From a virus: a DNA stretch of 64,000 nt. Below are positions 61,380 through 64,000 of the stretch, one piece after another. Numbering within the stretch: position 1 is the stretch's first letter; every line of letters starts with the position of its first letter. The notes below the pieces were generated by a model. That model was not told the origin of the DNA and ran no database searches. It was given only the letters and a program-made list of their open reading frames with translations. The stretch covers positions 32,001-96,000 of the IMG/VR virus record IMGVR_UViG_3300026533_000002. One strand, written 5' to 3'. A program made the position numbers and the translations under genes.

Positions 61380-61694
61380 TTAAGACTTAGGAGCAGTAGC
61401 AAATCCTATAGCAAGTAACTCAGTTATTTCATCATGAAAGGCTTCATTAGTTATTCTAGGTCTATTATCAGCTTTAACTTTAGTAACTAGCTCAGCTCTC
61501 TCTGCGGCATAGTCTAGCTCACTCTCAGCTGAGTAGAGTACTAGCTTATTGTTAAGTTGTTTAGTTAACTCTTTAGTTCCTTCTAATACTAAATCAGCAT
61601 TATCCTCTAAGATAGCGGCAGATTTAAATATAAACTTACGGTAGATAGTTAATACGATTAGTATAGATGCTAATAGTGCTATTCCTTCAAACAT
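61380..61694 (-). CDS. membrane-anchored hypothetical protein
   Basis: N-terminal TM helix. Confidence 0.6.
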   Translation of the reverse strand: MFEGIALLASILIVLTIYRKFIFKSAAILEDNADLVLEGTKELTKQLNNKLVLYSAESELDYAAERAELVTKVKADNRPRITNEAFHDEITELLAIGFATAPKS

Positions 61695-61744
61695 TGGTAG
61701 ATCCTTTATAAGTAGGGCTTACATCTCTAGGAATGCCTTTATAG

Positions 61745-62179
61745 TTATACGTCTTCTTTCTTTATAATAAGTACATCATGTAGATGCTCTGGATATAAAG
61801 CTATTCTAATTGATAAGTGATCAACAGGTACATCATTAAGATAAGGCTTATATTTAACTAAGGTATATGTATATAATACTTCTAAGTCAGACTTACTAGT
61901 AACTTCATATATCCTAGCGTTATGCCATACAAACTTATCTTCATACTTAGCTTTAAACTCTTTCAAGTCCTTATCAATACTAATGCTTTTACCTACGAAT
62001 ACAATCTTCTTATGACTATATATAAAGTAAAGGCATTGCTTAGGTCTAGGCTTCTCCTTATAGTATAAAGTAGTAAGGAATCCTTTCCTTTGAGCTATTA
62101 AATACTTAGGGTAATTCTTAGCTTTAAACTCTTCTTTAGAGCTATACTGAGAGGCTATCTCTTTTAGTTCTGTTAACAC
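61745..62179 (-). CDS. GIY-YIG-like nuclease-domain protein
   Basis: CLYFIY...VFVGKS...E...KP-x-LN; N-terminal A-x-x-Y-x-S-x-x-EF...Y-x-x-A-x-x-x-G module. Confidence 0.6.
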   Translation of the reverse strand: MLTELKEIASQYSSKEEFKAKNYPKYLIAQRKGFLTTLYYKEKPRPKQCLYFIYSHKKIVFVGKSISIDKDLKEFKAKYEDKFVWHNARIYEVTSKSDLEVLYTYTLVKYKPYLNDVPVDHLSIRIALYPEHLHDVLIIKKEDV

Positions 62180-63179
62180 TTTTATGTCCTTTATTATTAA
62201 ATATATAATTCTCCGATATACAAACTAAATGTTGTAGTTATGAGAGTTACATACTTAGCTTGTATGGAGTTTTAACTAGTTAGAGGATAACTAGTATGGG
62301 TAGAAGTTTTAAGGCCTTGTAGGCTCTTATATAGACTAAGTCTAATGACTATATGATCTAATGCTAGTACCAGCAGTAGCTAGTATAAATCTATGGTAAG
62401 TTCTTAGGAATGACCCTAATGTTTTATCTCTAAATGTAAGGTCTTTAGCGTTATAGTTTACTAGAGATATAAGGAAGTTATTATCTCCTTTATATACTCT
62501 TTTAATGTTATCATTACACATAATGTCTATCCTTTTGTTTGGTTTAGTATTAAGTTACTTATCTATTAGTTTAGATGAAGGACTTAACCCACCACTTAAC
62601 TTGTGCCGATAGACGGAGTCCGGCACTAATAAGATAGGTAGATTAGGTTATATGGAATGTGTTACTAGTAGTAGGTGTAATCTTAAAGTTAGCTGGAAAA
62701 CACCTGATATCGTTGTTTTTTACTTAGTGAAAGATACCTTTTCAGGTGTTTAAATCTAGCTCAAAGTAAGTGTAGTACGAGGTTTACCCCTATTGTATAA
62801 TAAATATAAAGGCAGTACTATTCTCTCATGTGTCCTTATATAAGAGTATAAATGGAGGACTTAGTTTGGTGTCGGTTAGATTTGGACTAGATAAGAGTAG
62901 GTATTAGTTCTTATAAGAGTAGTATCTATCCTTATATAATAAGTAGCTAATAATAGTAGTTATCTTAAGTGAACCTTAAGAGCTACTAGTACCAAACCCC
63001 TATAATAGGGAGTTTGCTATGTTCTAAATAGTAGCTACTTGTAGCTATTTTATCAGTAGCTACTTTCCATCCCTTTATATATAAGTACTATAAAAGGGTT
63101 ACTTTTATGAGCATGGCTTATACGGTTTACCGGTAGCGGTTATTATTGAAGTCACATTGTGGATAGTTAGGTTCAATAA

Positions 63180-63207
63180 TAGGAGGTTAGTTTTAGGAGG
63201 TTAGTTT
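63180..63207. repeat. 14-bp tandem direct repeat TAGGAGGTTAGTTT x2
   Basis: Read directly. Confidence 0.85.
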
Positions 63208-63359
63208 GTTGTTGAGTTGGTACTAGCCTTTGGTTGGGATGGTGAATACCTTGTACCAGAAAGTACCTTTCTTATACTATAAGGAAAAGGTACAGCAAAG
63301 TACTCCAAACCCCGTAGCCAAGGGCCTTACAGGGAATTGGGTAGTCATCACAGTAGTGA

Positions 63360-63803
63360 CTACTTGAACTTATTAAATCCCATATTTAGTACTATTGCTT
63401 CCCTTGGTATATTACCTTTGTGGTGTATCATTTGTATGAACTCCCATACCTTCTGCTCATCGCCTTTTACAGCTAGTAATGGGTTTACTATGAACTCATG
63501 GTCTAGTTGGAGCTTATTTATGAGATTACTCTGCTTTAACCTACTAATTGAGTTGCGTATTGTAGCTACTGTGTATCCAGTGTCTCTCTTTAGAAGCTTT
63601 AGTGTGTCGCCATCTACTATAATATGGTTAGTATTAGTGCTGATATAAGTCATAATAGAGTCTAGTACACGTCTATCATCAGATCTAAGGTCCTTGAACA
63701 CTTTAAATGCTTTGTTGTTAGTCTGCAGAGTAATTCTACCTCTAGTGCCTTTAACTGCTTGTACTTTAACTCCACTTGGTCTGTTTGTCAATGATGCCAT
63801 CAT
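63360..63803 (-). CDS. RepL-like winged-HTH protein
   Basis: Likely start at MMAS after AAAGGA; TGYTVATIRNSISRLK...FIVNP...KG. Confidence 0.55.
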   Translation of the reverse strand: MMASLTNRPSGVKVQAVKGTRGRITLQTNNKAFKVFKDLRSDDRRVLDSIMTYISTNTNHIIVDGDTLKLLKRDTGYTVATIRNSISRLKQSNLINKLQLDHEFIVNPLLAVKGDEQKVWEFIQMIHHKGNIPREAIVLNMGFNKFK

Positions 63804-63827
63804 ATTTCCTTTAGTTTTAATAGTGTA

Positions 63828-63850
63828 ATTATAACACTTCACCCCTTAAC
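63828..63850 (-). promoter_or_regulatory. extended -10 promoter
   Basis: TTAAG...AAGTGTTATAAT about 25 nt upstream of the ATG at 63803. Confidence 0.55.
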
Positions 63851-64000
63851 TTGTACCGTTGCGGAGCTAGGTACTAAACACTAAGAGTAATAAAGTTAAT
63901 TGTTGTAGTGACTAGCTAATATGAGTAGTAGATAAGATTATGATAAGAGAAGTAAGGTATCTCCTCTATCTTAAGATCTCTCTCCTCTGCTAGTGTGTTA

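Noticed and set aside
534-63648. Plus-strand ORFs in the track (e.g. 534-755, 9292-9480, 26856-27305, 37616-38092)
   Set aside because: They lie antisense to well-supported minus-strand genes, are Ser/Leu/Ile-rich shadow translations, and show no recognisable motifs
63804-63842. Track start of the RepL-like ORF at 63842
   Set aside because: It overlaps the promoter; the AAAGGA RBS points to the ATG at 63803
1-64000. Canonical tRNA, rRNA or CRISPR array
   Set aside because: I saw no cloverleaf with D and anticodon arms and no regularly spaced repeats; the T-arm-like elements lack these arms

Overview
64 kb of an AT-rich lytic dsDNA phage genome, early/middle region only, with no recognisable virion genes. 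Essentially every real gene is on the minus strand, and the + strand ORFs in the track are antisense shadows. AAGGA ribosome-binding sites and a TGTTATAAT promoter with upstream TTAAG suggest a Campylobacterota host (inference). Reading right to left: RepL-like and GIY-YIG genes around a repeat-rich non-coding stretch; a short, divergent T7-type single-subunit RNA polymerase; RHH/ParB-like genes; many small early ORFs; an array of about 10 diverged paralogs in and upstream of a CobS-like AAA / VWA-like gene pair; a Prs+Nampt pair (NARP1-like NAD+ reconstitution); ThyX; a second MoxR/VWA pair; a family A DNA polymerase split into two genes with CCA-adding enzyme and RlaP-like genes between them; helicase/primase; a Sak4/SSB/exonuclease module; MYG1; Rnl2; class Ia RNR with a mini-intein; a DNA ligase with an apparent ATA start; ClpP; and an SF1 helicase. 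The least explained signals are the paralog array and a recurring tRNA-half-like (stem + T-arm) RNA element in four gene leaders, two of them ending ~230-nt hairpin-dense intergenic regions. All calls are by eye from motifs, with no database search.
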